The notes: generated by a model from the letters alone, not told the origin. 64,000 nt of DNA from Pseudomonadota bacterium (GCA_038532435.1 JBCBAP010000002.1:66327-130326), one strand, 5' to 3'. Shown: positions 18,209 through 29,824, numbered from the stretch's first letter. Numbers and translations are program-made.

Positions 18209-19915
18209 TCAGTGCGCGTCTTTGCGCCATTCCTCGTGGGTCGGATAGTGCGGGGCGGTATCCCACATGTCGCGCGTCGGGAGCTGTTCGAACGTGTGCT
18301 CCGGCGGCGGGTTGGGCAGGGTCCACTCCAGCGTCGGGTCGGTGCCCTCACCCCAGTACTTCGGATCCTCGACCTTCTTCCCGTAGCGCAGGGCGTGGAA
18401 GATGATGAAGAAGAAGAAGAGGAACGATGCGAAGGCAAGGAACGCGCCCAATGAGCTGATGTAGTTCCAGTAGGCGAACTGCTCGGGGTAGTCGATGTAC
18501 CGGCGCGGCATGCCCTGGCGACCCAGGAAGTGCTGCGGGAAGAACGTGATGTTCGCCCCGATGAACATCATCCAGAAATGGATCTTGCCCCAGGTCTCGT
18601 TGTACTCCCGGCCCGTCATCTTCGTGAACCAGTAGTAAATCCCGGCGAAGATGCAGAACACCGCACCGAGCGACATCACGTAGTGGAAGTGCGCCACCAC
18701 GTAGTAGGTGTCGTGGTAGGCCCGGTCCACCGCCGCCTGGCTCAGGACCACGCCGGTCACGCCGCCGACGGTGAAGAGAAACAGGAAGCCGATCGCCCAG
18801 AGCATCGGCGTCTTGAACTCAAGCGAGCCGCCCCACATCGTCGCGATCCAGGAGAAGATCTTGACGCCCGTGGGCACCGCGATCACCATCGTCGCGAGCA
18901 TGAAGTAGGACTGCTGAGTCAGGCTCATGCCGACCGTATACATGTGGTGCGCCCACACGACGAAGCCGAGAACACCGATCGCCACCATCGCGAAAACCAT
19001 CGGCATGTAGCCGAAGATCGGCTTCTTGGAGAAGGTCGCGATCACATGGGAAATGATACCGAAGCCCGGCACGATCACGATGTAGACCTCCGGATGGCCG
19101 AAGAACCACAGCAGATGCTGATAGAGCACCGGATCGCCGCCACCTTCCGCCTGGAAGAACGCGGTGCCGAAGTTCCGGTCCGTCAGCAGCATCGTGATGG
19201 CGCCCGCCAGCACCGGCAGCGCGAGCAGGATCAGGAGCGCGGTGACAAAGATCGACCAGGCGAACAGCGGCACCTTGAAGAGCGTCATGCCCGGTGCGCG
19301 CATGTTCAGGAAGGTCGTGATAATGTTGATGGCCCCGAGGATCGAGGACGCACCGGACAGGTGCACTGCAAAGATGGCGAGATCCGTCGAGATACCCTGT
19401 TCCGACGTGGACAATGGCGCGTAAAGCACCCAGCCGATACCCGAGCCGAGCTGACCGTTGCCGCCCGGCGCAATCGTGGACGCGACCGCAAGGGAAGAGC
19501 CCGCGACGAACAGCCAGAAGCTCAGGTTGTTCATCCGCGGGAACGCCATGTCCGGCGCGCCGATCATCAGCGGCATGAAATAGTTGCCAAATCCGCCGAA
19601 AAGCGCGGGGATCACGACGAAGAACATCATCAGGATGCCGTGGGCCGTGATCAGCACGTTCCACAGGTGCCCGTTCGGATCCGCACAATCGCCATCGGCG
19701 AAGAAGCGGGCGCCCTCCATGCACATGTATTGCACGCCGGGCTCCATCAGCTCCATCCGCATGTAGACGGTGAAGGCGACGGAGATGAACCCCAGCAGCG
19801 CCGAGGTGATCAGGTAGAGGATCCCGATATCCTTGTGGTTCGTCGACATGAACCAGCGGGTGAAGAAGCTCCGCTCGTCATGGCCGTGTTCGGCGTGGAG
19901 GGCTGCGTCTGCCAT
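18209..19915 (-). CDS. ctaD: Cytochrome c oxidase subunit I
   Basis: ATG at 19915 is preceded by AGGAGA. Contains [25 protein letters not shown] and HHMYTVG heme-copper oxidase signatures. Confidence 0.95.
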   Translation of the reverse strand: MADAALHAEHGHDERSFFTRWFMSTNHKDIGILYLITSALLGFISVAFTVYMRMELMEPGVQYMCMEGARFFADGDCADPNGHLWNVLITAHGILMMFFVVIPALFGGFGNYFMPLMIGAPDMAFPRMNNLSFWLFVAGSSLAVASTIAPGGNGQLGSGIGWVLYAPLSTSEQGISTDLAIFAVHLSGASSILGAINIITTFLNMRAPGMTLFKVPLFAWSIFVTALLILLALPVLAGAITMLLTDRNFGTAFFQAEGGGDPVLYQHLLWFFGHPEVYIVIVPGFGIISHVIATFSKKPIFGYMPMVFAMVAIGVLGFVVWAHHMYTVGMSLTQQSYFMLATMVIAVPTGVKIFSWIATMWGGSLEFKTPMLWAIGFLFLFTVGGVTGVVLSQAAVDRAYHDTYYVVAHFHYVMSLGAVFCIFAGIYYWFTKMTGREYNETWGKIHFWMMFIGANITFFPQHFLGRQGMPRRYIDYPEQFAYWNYISSLGAFLAFASFLFFFFIIFHALRYGKKVEDPKYWGEGTDPTLEWTLPNPPPEHTFEQLPTRDMWDTAPHYPTHEEWRKDAH

Positions 19916-20132
19916 CAAGGTCTCCTGAACGTTGCCAAGGCACACCGAATCCCGGCATGCACAGGTATTCTGTTGCTACTCCCGGCCTACCCCCGATGAC
20001 TGCGAAGCTCAACAGTCACAGCGCCGTGAGAGGTGCGACCTGTTTACGCGACCGGCGTGGACAGGTCCTTAAGACGAAGATTACCGCTAAAAGTCCCGTT
20101 CGGCAACGAACAGGAGCTTCCAACAGGCGGGA

Positions 20133-20813
20133 TCAACACCCGAAATCGGCACGCTGCGGACTGTCCCCGAACACTCGGGAGAATGTGGAGAGCAGCGCGA
20201 GGTCCAGATCCTCCATCGTGACCGGCAGGCCAAGGTCCACGAGGCTGGTAACGCCGTATCCCTGAATCCCGCACGGCACGATCCCGTCGAAATGGCTCAG
20301 ATCCGGATCGTGGTTGATGGAGATCCCGTGGAAACTGACCCATTTGCGCAAGCGTAACCCGATCGCGGCGATTTTGTCCTCCGCGGGGCTGCCATCGGGC
20401 AGGCGGGGCTGGTCGGGACGCGCGACCCAGACGCCGACACGACCTTCGCGCCGCTCTCCGGTGACGTTGAATTCGGCGAGCGTCAGGATCACCCAATCCT
20501 CCAACTGCCGGACGAAAGCGCGCAGGTCTCGCCCGCGGACAGTCAGGTCTAGCATCGCGTAGGCGACGCGCTGGCCCGGCCCGTGATAGGTGTATTCGCC
20601 GCCCCGCCGCGCCTCGAAGACCGGAAACCGGTCCGGCTCCAGCAAATCCGCGGGTTTGGCGGACGTGCCGGCAGTGTAGAGCGGCGGATGCTCCAGCATC
20701 CACAGAAGCTCGGGCGCCTCTCCCGCGCGGATCGCCTCCACCCGCGCCTCCATCTGCGAGAGCGCGTGCGGATAGGACACAAGCCCGTCGCTATGCCAGA
20801 GATCGACCGCCAT
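20133..20813 (-). CDS. lipB: Lipoyl(octanoyl) transferase
   Basis: 226 aa with [22 protein letters not shown] and KIAAIGLRL motifs. Confidence 0.92.
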   Translation of the reverse strand: MAVDLWHSDGLVSYPHALSQMEARVEAIRAGEAPELLWMLEHPPLYTAGTSAKPADLLEPDRFPVFEARRGGEYTYHGPGQRVAYAMLDLTVRGRDLRAFVRQLEDWVILTLAEFNVTGERREGRVGVWVARPDQPRLPDGSPAEDKIAAIGLRLRKWVSFHGISINHDPDLSHFDGIVPCGIQGYGVTSLVDLGLPVTMEDLDLALLSTFSRVFGDSPQRADFGC

Positions 20814-20943
20814 GCCCCCCTATGCGCGCCCCGCGCCCGGTTTGGCAAGGGCCGGTGCGGCACCTCCAGGCATCCGCGCCGGACGGGACGCACACCACCT
20901 GACTAACGTCAGGACCTATTTGCCCAAACCTGCAATTTGGCTC

Positions 20944-20973
20944 TTGCACACGGCAAAGACCCCTTGCTATACG
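20944..20973 (+). promoter_or_regulatory. Sigma-70-like promoter TTGCAC-N18-TATACG for tRNA-Leu
   Basis: The -10 element ends 14 nt before the mature tRNA 5' end. Confidence 0.4.
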
Positions 20974-20987
20974 CCGCCCACTGGATC

Positions 20988-21074
20988 GCGGTCGTGGCGG
21001 AATTGGTAGACGCGCAGCGTTGAGGTCGCTGTGGGGTAACTCCCGTGGAAGTTCGAGTCTTCTCGACCGCACCA
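20988..21074 (+). tRNA. tRNA-Leu (anticodon GAG), encoded CCA
   Basis: Hand-folded cloverleaf. Acceptor GCGGTCG/CGACCGC; anticodon stem CAGCG/CGCTG with loop TTGAGGT; long variable arm; T-arm GGAAG-TTCGAGT-CTTCT; 3' ACCA. Confidence 0.93.
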
Positions 21075-21155
21075 GCAAAAACAGGGCTCCACTGCCCTTG
21101 TCTCTTCACAAGACGCCAGAAGATATCGCGGCTCGTGCAACGGCATGTGATCTGT

Positions 21156-22331
21156 CTAGACGGACGAGCTCACGCGCAGGGACGGATGGCGCATGCCCGC
21201 CACCAGAATGATCACCGAAGCTAGCGCCACGCCGGATGCCCAGAGGATAACCGTCTGGAAATCATGGGCTTGTGCGATCAGGCCCGCGGCGGGGCCCCCC
21301 AGAAGCCCCGTGAGCATCAGCGTGTTCCAATAGACTGCGGTCGCCGCCGCCGGGCGATCCTGTCCAAGGGACTGGACGAAGCTGATCCCGAGTGTCGAGA
21401 ACAGGCCGTAGTAGAGCCCTTCCAGTGCCGCACCCAACAGCATCTCGGTGTAGCTCTCAACTGAGGCGAGGTATCTGATCGCCAGAACCGCGAGCAGTGC
21501 CGTGGCCACGAGGCTGTTCCGGATCCCGAACCGGGAGATAAGGACCGGTGTGGTGAAGATTGCAAGGATTTCCACGAATGTCTTCACCGTGAACGCGTTG
21601 CCTGGTGCATAGGCGGGCAGGCCGACCTCCTGCACGAAAAAGAGGGGAAGGGCGGTGAACGTCATGAAATGTGCCGCGGACAGGCCAAAGACGAACGCCG
21701 CCGCGATCCAGATGCCTGCCCCCTGCACGCCTGCTCCGCCTTCGGTTGCAGATGGGGCGGCCTGTCGGACGGCGTCCCGCGGTGCGGCTCCGATCCAGAC
21801 GCTTCCCCACAGAATGGCAAGCGCCAGCGTGAGGGCAAACACCGCCCGAAACCCGAACTGGTCTGCCACGACGAAGGAGACGGCGGGCCCGATCATCCAC
21901 GCAAAGGACGTGGTCGCCCGCATGTAGGCGTTGAATGTCGTGCGCTTGATCCCCGTCGTGCCCGCGATGACACCGCCGAGCGTGAACATCGTGGCAAGCG
22001 CGCTCGCGCTCGCCGAAAAGCCCGGAACGCCGAAGGTCATGACGGTCCAGAAACCCGGCGCCACCACCAGCGCGGTGGAGGCGACGACGCTCCCGCCGAC
22101 GGCAACCCCGATGAGAGGGAACGGACGCGCGCCGCCGTCCATCCTCCGGGCAAAGTGCCGATTGATCATCACGACGATCAGCGCGACCGATCCGGCATAA
22201 AGGCTGATGGTCCAGGGTTCCCGCCCCAAGCCCTCCACGATGAAATACCCCATGAAGGGGACGATCATCGACCCGCACAGGGTGCCGACGAACAGCAGTG
22301 AGAGGAAGGGTGTAATCTTGCGGGTGACCAT
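21156..22331 (-). CDS. MFS transporter (sugar-efflux-like)
   Basis: 391 aa with about 12 TM segments. Confidence 0.75.
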   Translation of the reverse strand: MVTRKITPFLSLLFVGTLCGSMIVPFMGYFIVEGLGREPWTISLYAGSVALIVVMINRHFARRMDGGARPFPLIGVAVGGSVVASTALVVAPGFWTVMTFGVPGFSASASALATMFTLGGVIAGTTGIKRTTFNAYMRATTSFAWMIGPAVSFVVADQFGFRAVFALTLALAILWGSVWIGAAPRDAVRQAAPSATEGGAGVQGAGIWIAAAFVFGLSAAHFMTFTALPLFFVQEVGLPAYAPGNAFTVKTFVEILAIFTTPVLISRFGIRNSLVATALLAVLAIRYLASVESYTEMLLGAALEGLYYGLFSTLGISFVQSLGQDRPAAATAVYWNTLMLTGLLGGPAAGLIAQAHDFQTVILWASGVALASVIILVAGMRHPSLRVSSSV

Positions 22332-22485
22332 CGGGATATTGACCGGGACGGGTTGGGCGATGCTGGGAGGGCCTCAGTGCCCTGCACCGTCGCACAAATC
22401 ATGTGCCCGGCACACAGCCGGTTCTGAAACCCGCACTGCAGGACTGAAAAGGTGCGCGCCCCTTCAGACCGGCCTGAAGCCACCT

Positions 22486-25400
22486 TCAACTGGTCTCGGC
22501 GAGCAGGGAAGCGTTGCCCCCCGCGGCGGTGATGTCGATGCACACGTGGCGCTCAAGACGACAGCGACTTGCCAGATCATCCTCCGCACAGAGCGGGATG
22601 ATCGCACCGCTGCGTGCCGCAAGGGCCACACGCAGGGGGCGGAGGTCTTCGTCCGGCGCGGCGCTCGCCACGATGGCAAAGCCGTCCAGCCTCGTCAGTG
22701 CATCGGCGGTCAGAACTCCATCGATCCCCTCATCCGGAGTAAGGCCCGGGGCGACGCACACAGCACGGCACCCGTTTGCCTCCGCGACGCGGGCCTGGTG
22801 GAGGGCGCGGCCCCGCCCGGGCCCGAGGCAGAGGACCGTGCCGCGTCCGACCTCTGTCAGACGGTTCGACTCGCCGGTCGGGCCCGGCAGGGAAAGGCTT
22901 GAGAGTGCTGTCCCTCCGTGTCGCGCGCCATCCAGCGCGTTCTGTACCTGCGCCGGATCGGCTGCATGTCCCGGCTCCGGCGCGTCCTCGTCCCGGGAGG
23001 GTTTGCAGAACCTTGGCAGGTAGGCGGGTCCGCCCGCTTTGGGTCCTGTGCCCGAGAGTCCCTCGCCGCCGAAGGGCTGGGAACCGACCACCGCCCCGAT
23101 CTGATTGCGGTTGACGTAGATGTTGCCCGCCGTAACCCGGCGTGACAGCGTTTCCACCCTGTCATCGATGCGCGAGTGGATCCCGAAGGTGAGGCCGTAG
23201 CCCGTCCCATTGATATCGTCGATCACCCTGTCGAGTTCCGCCGCCCTGAAGGATGCGACATGAAGGACCGGGCCGAAAACCTCCCGTCCGATGGCCGCGA
23301 TCCCCTCGACGCGCAAAACCGTCGGCGCGACGAACGTGCCCATGGAGGGAACCGGTCCTTCCTTGAGCAGCCGCCCCTCCCTGCGCGCCACGTCGACATG
23401 TTCGAGGATCCGGGCCCGCGCGGCCTCGTCGATCACCGGCCCCACGTCTGTTGCTACCGACCAGGGATCGCCGATCGTCAGTGCGTCCATCGCGCCAAAG
23501 AGCATCGACAGCAGGTCATCGGCCACATCCTCCTGAACATAGAGCATGCGCAAGGCCGAGCAGCGTTGCCCCGCGGACTGGAATGCCGAGGCGACGATGT
23601 CGCGGACCGCCTGTTCGGGCAGCGCGGTGCTGTCGACCACCATCGCGTTGAGCCCCCCGGTCTCCGCGATAAGCGGCGCATGGGGGGAGAGGTGTGTGGC
23701 CATCGTCCGGTTGATCCGGCCGGCGGTGTCTGTCGAGCCGGTGAAACACACGCCACCCAGGTCGGGCGCGGAGGTCAGCGCCGCCCCGACCTCCGCCCCA
23801 TGACCGGGAATAAGTTGCAGGGCGGTCCGCGGGACGCCTGCTTCATGCAGGATGCGCACCGCAAGGGCGGCGATCAGTCCGGTTGCCTCCGCGGGTTTCG
23901 CAAAAACCCCGTTGCCCGCCGCGAGGGCGGCCGCGATCTGCCCCGTGAAGATCGCAAGCGGGAAGTTCCAGGGCGAGATGCAGGTGAAGATGCCCCGGGC
24001 AGGAGCCTCCAGCCCCTCGGCCCGGGCTGCATAGTAGCGCAGGAAATCGACGGCCTCACGCAGTTCCGCGATGGCGTCGGGCGGGGTCTTGCCCGCCTCC
24101 CGTGCGAGAAGGGCAAAGATCTCGCCTTCGCGTGCCTCGTAGAGGTCGGAGGCACGGCGCAGGATGGCCGCCCGTTCTGCCACCGATGCCGCCCACGGTA
24201 GGGCAGCCTCGACCGCGTGTGCCACGTCGGTGGGTGCGGCGAAAGTGACGGATCCGACGGTGTCGTCGGGGAGAGCCGGGTTCACGACCTCAATCGTGTC
24301 ACCACGCTCCGCCTCTACCGCGAGGATTGGCTCGGCAGACCAGTGTGTCGCCTTGAAAGGAGCACGCGCTTCGTCGAACCGCTGCAAGTCGAGCGGGTCT
24401 CGCAGGTCGAATCCGCCTGAGTTCATCCGTTCGGGGGCGTAGATTTGCGCGGGAAGGGGCAGGGCGCGGATCGGCTGTTCAAGCTCCGCGAACGGGTCCC
24501 GGGCTATGATCTCCGCCGGGACCGTCGCGTCCACGATCTGGTTGACGAAGCTGCTGTTCGCACCGTTCTCCAGCAACCTGCGCACAAGGTAGGCAAGCAA
24601 ATCGCGGTGCGCGCCGACCGGGGCGTAGATCCGGCTCGCGGCTGCACCTTCGCGGAGCAGCGTGTCGTGCAGGGCCTCCCCCATCCCGTGCAGCCGCTGG
24701 AATTCGAAGGAGGCCTCGGGCCTCGCAAGTTCGAGGATCGCTGCGATCGAATGGGCATTGTGGGTCGCAAACTGCGGGTACACCCGGTCAGAGACCTCGA
24801 GCAGTCGTGCGGCACAGCAGACATAGGAGACATCCGTCGCGGCCTTCCGGGTGAAGACCGGGTAGTCCGCCAGCCCCTCGACCTGGGCGCGTTTGATCTC
24901 CGTGTCCCAGTAGGCACCCTTCACGAGCCGGACCATGACCCGCCGGTCCTGGGCCTGGGCGAGCGCATGGATCCAGTCGATGACCGGCAGAGCCCGCTTG
25001 CCATAAGCCTGCACGACGACGCCAAACCCGTCCCATCCCGCAAGCACGGGGTCGCGCAACACTTCCGCGATTACGTCAAGGCTGATGTCGAGCCGGTCCG
25101 CCTCCTCCGCATCGATGTTGAAGCCCATGTCCGCCGCTGCGGCCATCCGTGCGAGGGCCGACACGCGGGGCACGAGGTCCGCCATCACCCGCTCCTGCTG
25201 GACCGCGTCGTAGCGGGGATGCAGGGCGGAAAGCTTGACCGAAATGCCGGGGTTTCGGCGCACATCGTCGGCGTTGCAGGCCTGCGCGAGGCGTTCGATT
25301 GCCCCGGCATAAGCATCGTAGAACGCGTCCGCGTCCGCGTCCGTGAGCGCCGCCTCCCCAAGCATGTCGTAGGAGAAGGTGTAGCCAAGCGCGGTTTTCT

Positions 25401-25956
25401 CTTTGCCGCGCGCAAGTGCCTCGTCGATGGTCTCGCCGAGGACGAACTGTGCGCCAAGTTCCTTCATCGCCCGGGTCACCGCGTGCCGGATGACCGGCTC
25501 CCCCAGCCTGCGCACGGCTGAGCGGAGGATCGCCGCCGTCCCGGTCCCGTCCCGCAGCACCTTCCCGGTGAGCATGAGCGCCCAGGTGGAGGCGTTCACC
25601 AGCGTGGAACTTGACCGGCCCAGATGCGCGCTCCACTCCGACGGGGCGATTTTGTCCTCGATCAGCGCATCGATTGTCTCCGCGTCTGGGACGCGAAGCA
25701 GCGCCTCGGCAAGGCACATGAGTGCGACCCCTTCGTCGGTGGAGAGCCCGTATTCAGCGAGAAAGATCTCCATCAGCCCGGGGCGGTTGTCGTCGCGGAT
25801 CCGTTCCACCATGCCGACCGCCCGGCTCTCGATCCGGCCCCGCAGCTCGGAGGAGAGGGGCACGTGATCGGTAAGGCGCGCAAGGACGTCCGCCTCCGGC
25901 AAATGGTGTGTTCTGCGGATCTCTTCGCGCAACGTCTCAAGGCAGTGCATCGCCAA
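22486..25956 (-). CDS. putA: Bifunctional proline dehydrogenase / L-glutamate gamma-semialdehyde dehydrogenase
   Basis: 1156 aa with an N-terminal PRODH barrel region and an aldehyde dehydrogenase domain (ETGGLNAMVVD, GQRCSA). It is divergent from an Lrp-type regulator. Confidence 0.93.
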   Translation of the reverse strand: MAMHCLETLREEIRRTHHLPEADVLARLTDHVPLSSELRGRIESRAVGMVERIRDDNRPGLMEIFLAEYGLSTDEGVALMCLAEALLRVPDAETIDALIEDKIAPSEWSAHLGRSSSTLVNASTWALMLTGKVLRDGTGTAAILRSAVRRLGEPVIRHAVTRAMKELGAQFVLGETIDEALARGKEKTALGYTFSYDMLGEAALTDADADAFYDAYAGAIERLAQACNADDVRRNPGISVKLSALHPRYDAVQQERVMADLVPRVSALARMAAAADMGFNIDAEEADRLDISLDVIAEVLRDPVLAGWDGFGVVVQAYGKRALPVIDWIHALAQAQDRRVMVRLVKGAYWDTEIKRAQVEGLADYPVFTRKAATDVSYVCCAARLLEVSDRVYPQFATHNAHSIAAILELARPEASFEFQRLHGMGEALHDTLLREGAAASRIYAPVGAHRDLLAYLVRRLLENGANSSFVNQIVDATVPAEIIARDPFAELEQPIRALPLPAQIYAPERMNSGGFDLRDPLDLQRFDEARAPFKATHWSAEPILAVEAERGDTIEVVNPALPDDTVGSVTFAAPTDVAHAVEAALPWAASVAERAAILRRASDLYEAREGEIFALLAREAGKTPPDAIAELREAVDFLRYYAARAEGLEAPARGIFTCISPWNFPLAIFTGQIAAALAAGNGVFAKPAEATGLIAALAVRILHEAGVPRTALQLIPGHGAEVGAALTSAPDLGGVCFTGSTDTAGRINRTMATHLSPHAPLIAETGGLNAMVVDSTALPEQAVRDIVASAFQSAGQRCSALRMLYVQEDVADDLLSMLFGAMDALTIGDPWSVATDVGPVIDEAARARILEHVDVARREGRLLKEGPVPSMGTFVAPTVLRVEGIAAIGREVFGPVLHVASFRAAELDRVIDDINGTGYGLTFGIHSRIDDRVETLSRRVTAGNIYVNRNQIGAVVGSQPFGGEGLSGTGPKAGGPAYLPRFCKPSRDEDAPEPGHAADPAQVQNALDGARHGGTALSSLSLPGPTGESNRLTEVGRGTVLCLGPGRGRALHQARVAEANGCRAVCVAPGLTPDEGIDGVLTADALTRLDGFAIVASAAPDEDLRPLRVALAARSGAIIPLCAEDDLASRCRLERHVCIDITAAGGNASLLAETS

Positions 25957-26061
25957 CCCTCCAAACCTCTGCCCCTATGGTACCTTGAGCCACAGAGGCC
26001 GTGTGACTAAGATATGCATCAAGAGAAGAGTATCAGACTTAGATTCCCCAGAAAGACAGGT

Positions 26062-26538
26062 ATGATGGACGTTAAAGGTCAAACTGACGGGCAATTAGAT
26101 CGCTTCGACATCGCGATTCTTGAGATACTGGCCGGGGAGGGGCGCCTTCCGGTCACCGAGTTGGCGAAGCGGGTGGGCCTTTCCAAGACACCCTGCCAGA
26201 ATCGTCTGCGCAAGCTGATCGATACTGGCTACATCCTCGGCTTTCGCGCGGTGCTGAGCCCGACGAAGCTGCGGCGCGACCATGTCGCCTTTGTCGAGGT
26301 TAAGCTCGCGGATACGCGGGAGGCGGCGCTTTCTCAGTTCAATGCGGCGGTGGCAGAGCTTGCTGAAGTGGAACAGTGCCACATGATCGCCGGGGCGTTC
26401 GACTATCTGTTGAAGGTGCGCACCCGCGATATCCGCGCCTACAGGCAAGCGCTGGGCGAGAAGATCTCTGCGCTGCCTCACGTGGCAAACACCTCCACCC
26501 ACGTCTCCATGGAGGCCATCAAGGACAACGCGATGTGA
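26062..26538 (+). CDS. putR: Lrp/AsnC-family regulator, PutR-like
   Basis: In-frame ATG at 26062. Contains LDRFDIAILEILAGEGRLPVTELAKRVGLSKTPCQNRLRKL. It is divergent from putA, as described for Rhodobacter and Agrobacterium PutR. Confidence 0.8.
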   Translation: MMDVKGQTDGQLDRFDIAILEILAGEGRLPVTELAKRVGLSKTPCQNRLRKLIDTGYILGFRAVLSPTKLRRDHVAFVEVKLADTREAALSQFNAAVAELAEVEQCHMIAGAFDYLLKVRTRDIRAYRQALGEKISALPHVANTSTHVSMEAIKDNAM

Positions 26539-26544
26539 CCAGGC

Positions 26545-28053
26545 TCAGGCAGTCTTTTGACCGGAGAGGTAGGTATCGAGCGCCGCTGCGGTGCCCTCGT
26601 CCCAGATCAGCGTGAGCCAGCGTGCGAACGTTGCGCTGAAGGTGGGCACGTCCGCGAGGGTTCCGTAGATCGCGGGCTGGTCGAGCCATTTCGCGGGCGC
26701 CGTGCGGGCCTTCCGCGCGGCCTCAACGAGCGTCTCCCATTGCGGGTCGTTTGCCTCGATCCGGCTTCCGTCCTCGCGCTCTGCCGCGCACATACGGGCC
26801 CAGAGCGCCTCGACGAGGCTCAGCCCTTCCACTGATCCTCCGGCATCGAGCGCGTCCCGCAGGATCGGCAGCACGAACCCGGTGTGCCGGGATGAGCCGT
26901 CGAAGGCGACCCGTCGGGTCGTGTCGCGGATCTCCGGATTGGCGAAGCGACGTTCGATGAGCGTGAGGTAGTCCTGCGGGGTCCATTCCGGCACCGCCCC
27001 CACATAGGGCAGGATCTCATCCTCCTGCACCTTGCGGAAGAACGCCGCGATCTGTGGATGGACCATGCATTCGGCGATCGTTGGGACCGACAGAAGCTCG
27101 CCCGCGTTGGCGAGCACCTGATGGCCCGCGTTGAGCACCCGGATCTTCATCGCCTCGTGGGCATGCACGCTCTTACAGAAGGTTGCGCCGACCAGGTCCC
27201 AGTCCGGTCGCCCTGCGCAGAAATCATCCTCGATGACCCATTGGCGGAAGTTCTCGTGGGTGACCGGCACCGGGTCCTTGATGCCGAACCGCTGCGCGAG
27301 CTGGATTTCTCCGGGTCCCGTGGCGGGCACGATGCAATCGACCATCGAGTTGGGGAAGCTGCATCGCACGTCTATCCAGTCCGCCAGATCCGGGTCTGAG
27401 AGGCGGGCGAGCGACACCACGGTCTGCCGCAGGATCTGCCCGTTGCCTTGCAGATTGTCGCAGCTTTGTCCGGTGAAGGGACCGTGCCCGGCCGCCCTGC
27501 GCTGCCGCAATGCTGCGATCATCGCGCCGAAGGCGGTGCGCGGGCTGTTGGGATGCGCCGCATCATGGTGGATGTCCGGGTGATCGGTATCGAACCCGCC
27601 GGTCGCGGGATCGGTGTAGTAGCCCCCCTCCGTCACGGTGAGGCTCACGATCCGGATCGCCGGATCCGACATCCGGTCGATCAGCGCACGGTTGTCCTCG
27701 GTCACCGGCACGTAGTCGATCATGGCTCCGGTCACTTCCGCCGAGCTGCCCCCGGGGTCGAGCTCGATCAGGGTTGTCAGGCAATCCTGGGCGAGCAGAT
27801 GCGCGCGTATCTGCGCATCGTAAGGACGTACACCAGCGCCGATGATGGCCCAGTCCTGCGCGTCGCCCCGCTGCAGAAGCCGGTGAAGGTACCAGGCCTG
27901 GTGCGCCCGATGGAAGTTTCCCACACCGATGTGCACGATGCCCGGGGTGAGGGACGTGCGGTCATAGGCTGGCCGCACCACGCCCTCGGACAGATCCGCA
28001 AGCGTCCGGTCGCTCAGCGCGCGCGCGGTGGGGGAAGGGCTCAACTCATCCAT
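26545..28053 (-). CDS. mtlK: Mannitol 2-dehydrogenase family polyol dehydrogenase
   Basis: ATG at 28053 (MDELSPS) lies inside the 3' end of smoS, a 13-nt overlap. Contains HIGVGNFHRAHQAWY, and the gene occupies the last position of the smo operon. Confidence 0.85.
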   Translation of the reverse strand: MDELSPSPTARALSDRTLADLSEGVVRPAYDRTSLTPGIVHIGVGNFHRAHQAWYLHRLLQRGDAQDWAIIGAGVRPYDAQIRAHLLAQDCLTTLIELDPGGSSAEVTGAMIDYVPVTEDNRALIDRMSDPAIRIVSLTVTEGGYYTDPATGGFDTDHPDIHHDAAHPNSPRTAFGAMIAALRQRRAAGHGPFTGQSCDNLQGNGQILRQTVVSLARLSDPDLADWIDVRCSFPNSMVDCIVPATGPGEIQLAQRFGIKDPVPVTHENFRQWVIEDDFCAGRPDWDLVGATFCKSVHAHEAMKIRVLNAGHQVLANAGELLSVPTIAECMVHPQIAAFFRKVQEDEILPYVGAVPEWTPQDYLTLIERRFANPEIRDTTRRVAFDGSSRHTGFVLPILRDALDAGGSVEGLSLVEALWARMCAAEREDGSRIEANDPQWETLVEAARKARTAPAKWLDQPAIYGTLADVPTFSATFARWLTLIWDEGTAAALDTYLSGQKTA

Positions 28054-28814
28054 TGTCCGCCATCGACATTGTAGCATTGGGCAACCACATAGTCCGCCTC
28101 GTCGGAGGCGAGAAATACGGCCATCCCGGTAAGGTCGTCCGCCCGGCCCATCCGGCCGTAGGGCACCGCTGCGCCGACCTCCTGTTTCTTCTGCCCGGGC
28201 TCCTTGTTCTCGTAGCGGGCAAAGAAGGCGTCAACACCGTCCCAGTGCTCGCCATCCACGACCCCCGGGGCGATCGCGTTGACGTTGATGCCGTGCGGGA
28301 TGAGGTTGAGCGCTGCGGACTGGGTCAGGCTGATCACCGCCGCCTTGCTGGCGCAGTAGACGGCAACGAGCGGCTCGCCCCGACGCCCCGCCTGGCTCGC
28401 CATATTGATGATCTTGCCACCGCCGCCGCGGGCGATCATGTGACGCGCGACGGCCTGCAGGGTGAAGAGAGTGCCCGCGACGTTGATGTCGAAAACGCGG
28501 GCAAAGTCCGCCTTTTCGATCTCCACGATGGGCGCTGCGGTGAAGATGGCTGCGTTGTTGATCAGGATGTCGATCCGGCCGAAGCGGGCGACGGTTGCAT
28601 CGACGCCGGCGTCGATGCTGTCCGTGTCAGTGACGTCCATCTGTACCGCGACTGCGGCGCTGCCGAGCGCCTTCGCCGTCTCTGTGGCCCGGGGTCCGTC
28701 AATGTCCGCAATCGCGACCTGCGCACCCTCCCGGATGTAGGCCTCGGCGAAGGCGCGGCCGATGCCCCGTGCAGCGCCGGTGATCAGCGCCGTCTTGCCG
28801 TCGAGCCGTCTCAT
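28041..28814 (-). CDS. smoS: Sorbitol dehydrogenase (short-chain dehydrogenase/reductase, SDR)
   Basis: 257 aa. Contains [19 protein letters not shown], and the C-terminal NVDGGQWMS. It closely resembles my recollection of Rhodobacter sphaeroides SmoS/PolS. Confidence 0.85.
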   Translation of the reverse strand: MRRLDGKTALITGAARGIGRAFAEAYIREGAQVAIADIDGPRATETAKALGSAAVAVQMDVTDTDSIDAGVDATVARFGRIDILINNAAIFTAAPIVEIEKADFARVFDINVAGTLFTLQAVARHMIARGGGGKIINMASQAGRRGEPLVAVYCASKAAVISLTQSAALNLIPHGINVNAIAPGVVDGEHWDGVDAFFARYENKEPGQKKQEVGAAVPYGRMGRADDLTGMAVFLASDEADYVVAQCYNVDGGQWMS

Positions 28815-29815
28815 GGCAGCCGGTTGCCCTCCCCGTCGAAGCGGTGGATCACGTCAGCGCGGGGGGTCAGGTGGACCCGGTCCCCGTGGCCGAAGCCGAC
28901 CTCTCCGTCGGCACGCACCGTGATGGTGTCGGCCAGGCCCGTCTCGTGGATGTGGAAGAACGTGTCAGAACCCAGATGCTCCGAAACGCCGACGACCCCG
29001 GACCATTCGCCGCCGCTGTCCGACACGGTGATGTGCTCGGGGCGCACTCCGATGGTTGCTGCACCATGCTTCGCTGCCTCAGCCCCGCCGATCAGGTTCA
29101 TGGTCGGGGAGCCGATGAAACCGGCGACGAAGAGGTTGCGCGGCGTGCGGTAGAGTTCGAGGGGAGAGCCGACCTGTTCGATATGCCCCGCGCGCAGCAC
29201 GACGATCTTGTCCGCCATGGTCATGGCCTCGACCTGATCGTGGGTGACGTAGATCATCGTCGTGCTGAGCCGCTTGTGCAGTTCGGAGATCTCAAGCCGC
29301 ATCCCCACGCGAAGGGCAGCGTCGAGGTTCGACAGCGGCTCGTCAAACAGGAACGCCGCAGGTTCCCGAACGATCGCGCGCCCGATGGCGACGCGCTGCC
29401 GCTGCCCGCCGGAGAGCTGCCCGGGTCTGCGATCCAGATAGTCGGTGAGGTTCAGCACCGCCGCGGCCTGTTCCACCCGCCGGTCCTGCTCTGCCTTGTC
29501 GAGCTTGGCCATGCGCAGCGGGAACGCGATGTTCTTGCGCACGGTCATGTGCGGGTAGAGCGCGTAAGATTGGAACACCATCGCGAGGCCGCGGCGCGCT
29601 GGCGGCACTTCCGTCGCGGGCGTGCCGTCGATCTCGATATCGCCGCCGCTCACATCCTCCAGTCCCGCGATGAGGCGGAGCAGGGTGGACTTGCCGCAGC
29701 CCGATGGTCCGACAAAGACGGTGAACTCCCCGTCATCGATGGTGAGGTCCAGGGGCGGGATCACCTCGACCTCGCCGAACCGCTTGGAAACCTTGCTGAG
29801 TACGATACGTCCCAT
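28811..29815 (-). CDS. smoK: Sugar ABC transporter ATP-binding protein (MalK-like)
   Basis: Walker [10 protein letters not shown], signature LSGGQRQRV and Walker [12 protein letters not shown]. Forms an ATGA overlap with smoS. Confidence 0.88.
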   Translation of the reverse strand: MGRIVLSKVSKRFGEVEVIPPLDLTIDDGEFTVFVGPSGCGKSTLLRLIAGLEDVSGGDIEIDGTPATEVPPARRGLAMVFQSYALYPHMTVRKNIAFPLRMAKLDKAEQDRRVEQAAAVLNLTDYLDRRPGQLSGGQRQRVAIGRAIVREPAAFLFDEPLSNLDAALRVGMRLEISELHKRLSTTMIYVTHDQVEAMTMADKIVVLRAGHIEQVGSPLELYRTPRNLFVAGFIGSPTMNLIGGAEAAKHGAATIGVRPEHITVSDSGGEWSGVVGVSEHLGSDTFFHIHETGLADTITVRADGEVGFGHGDRVHLTPRADVIHRFDGEGNRLP

Positions 29816-29824
29816 GGTTTTTCC

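Noticed and set aside
18530-19999. 489-aa plus-strand ORF covering the whole ctaD locus
   Set aside because: It is antisense to an unmistakable cytochrome oxidase subunit I gene. The translation is Arg/His/Asp/Glu-rich low-complexity sequence, typical of shadow frames in high-GC DNA.
20069-20084. Additional CtrA-like sites (for example TTAA-gacgaaga-TTAC upstream of ctaD, and other isolated TTAA motifs inside genes)
   Set aside because: They have the wrong spacing (N8), mismatched half-sites or intragenic positions. Only the two perfect intergenic boxes and one single-mismatch site near carA were kept.
20814-22331. Genomic island integrated at tRNA-Leu
   Set aside because: There is no integrase, no direct repeat of the tRNA 3' end and no compositional shift. 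The flanking genes (lipB, an MFS transporter gene) look like core genes.
22444-22480. Terminator after putA (CTTCAG-gccggt-CTGAAG ... CCTTTT)
   Set aside because: The hairpin is short and separated from the T-run by a GC-rich stretch. It is too ambiguous to call without folding energies.
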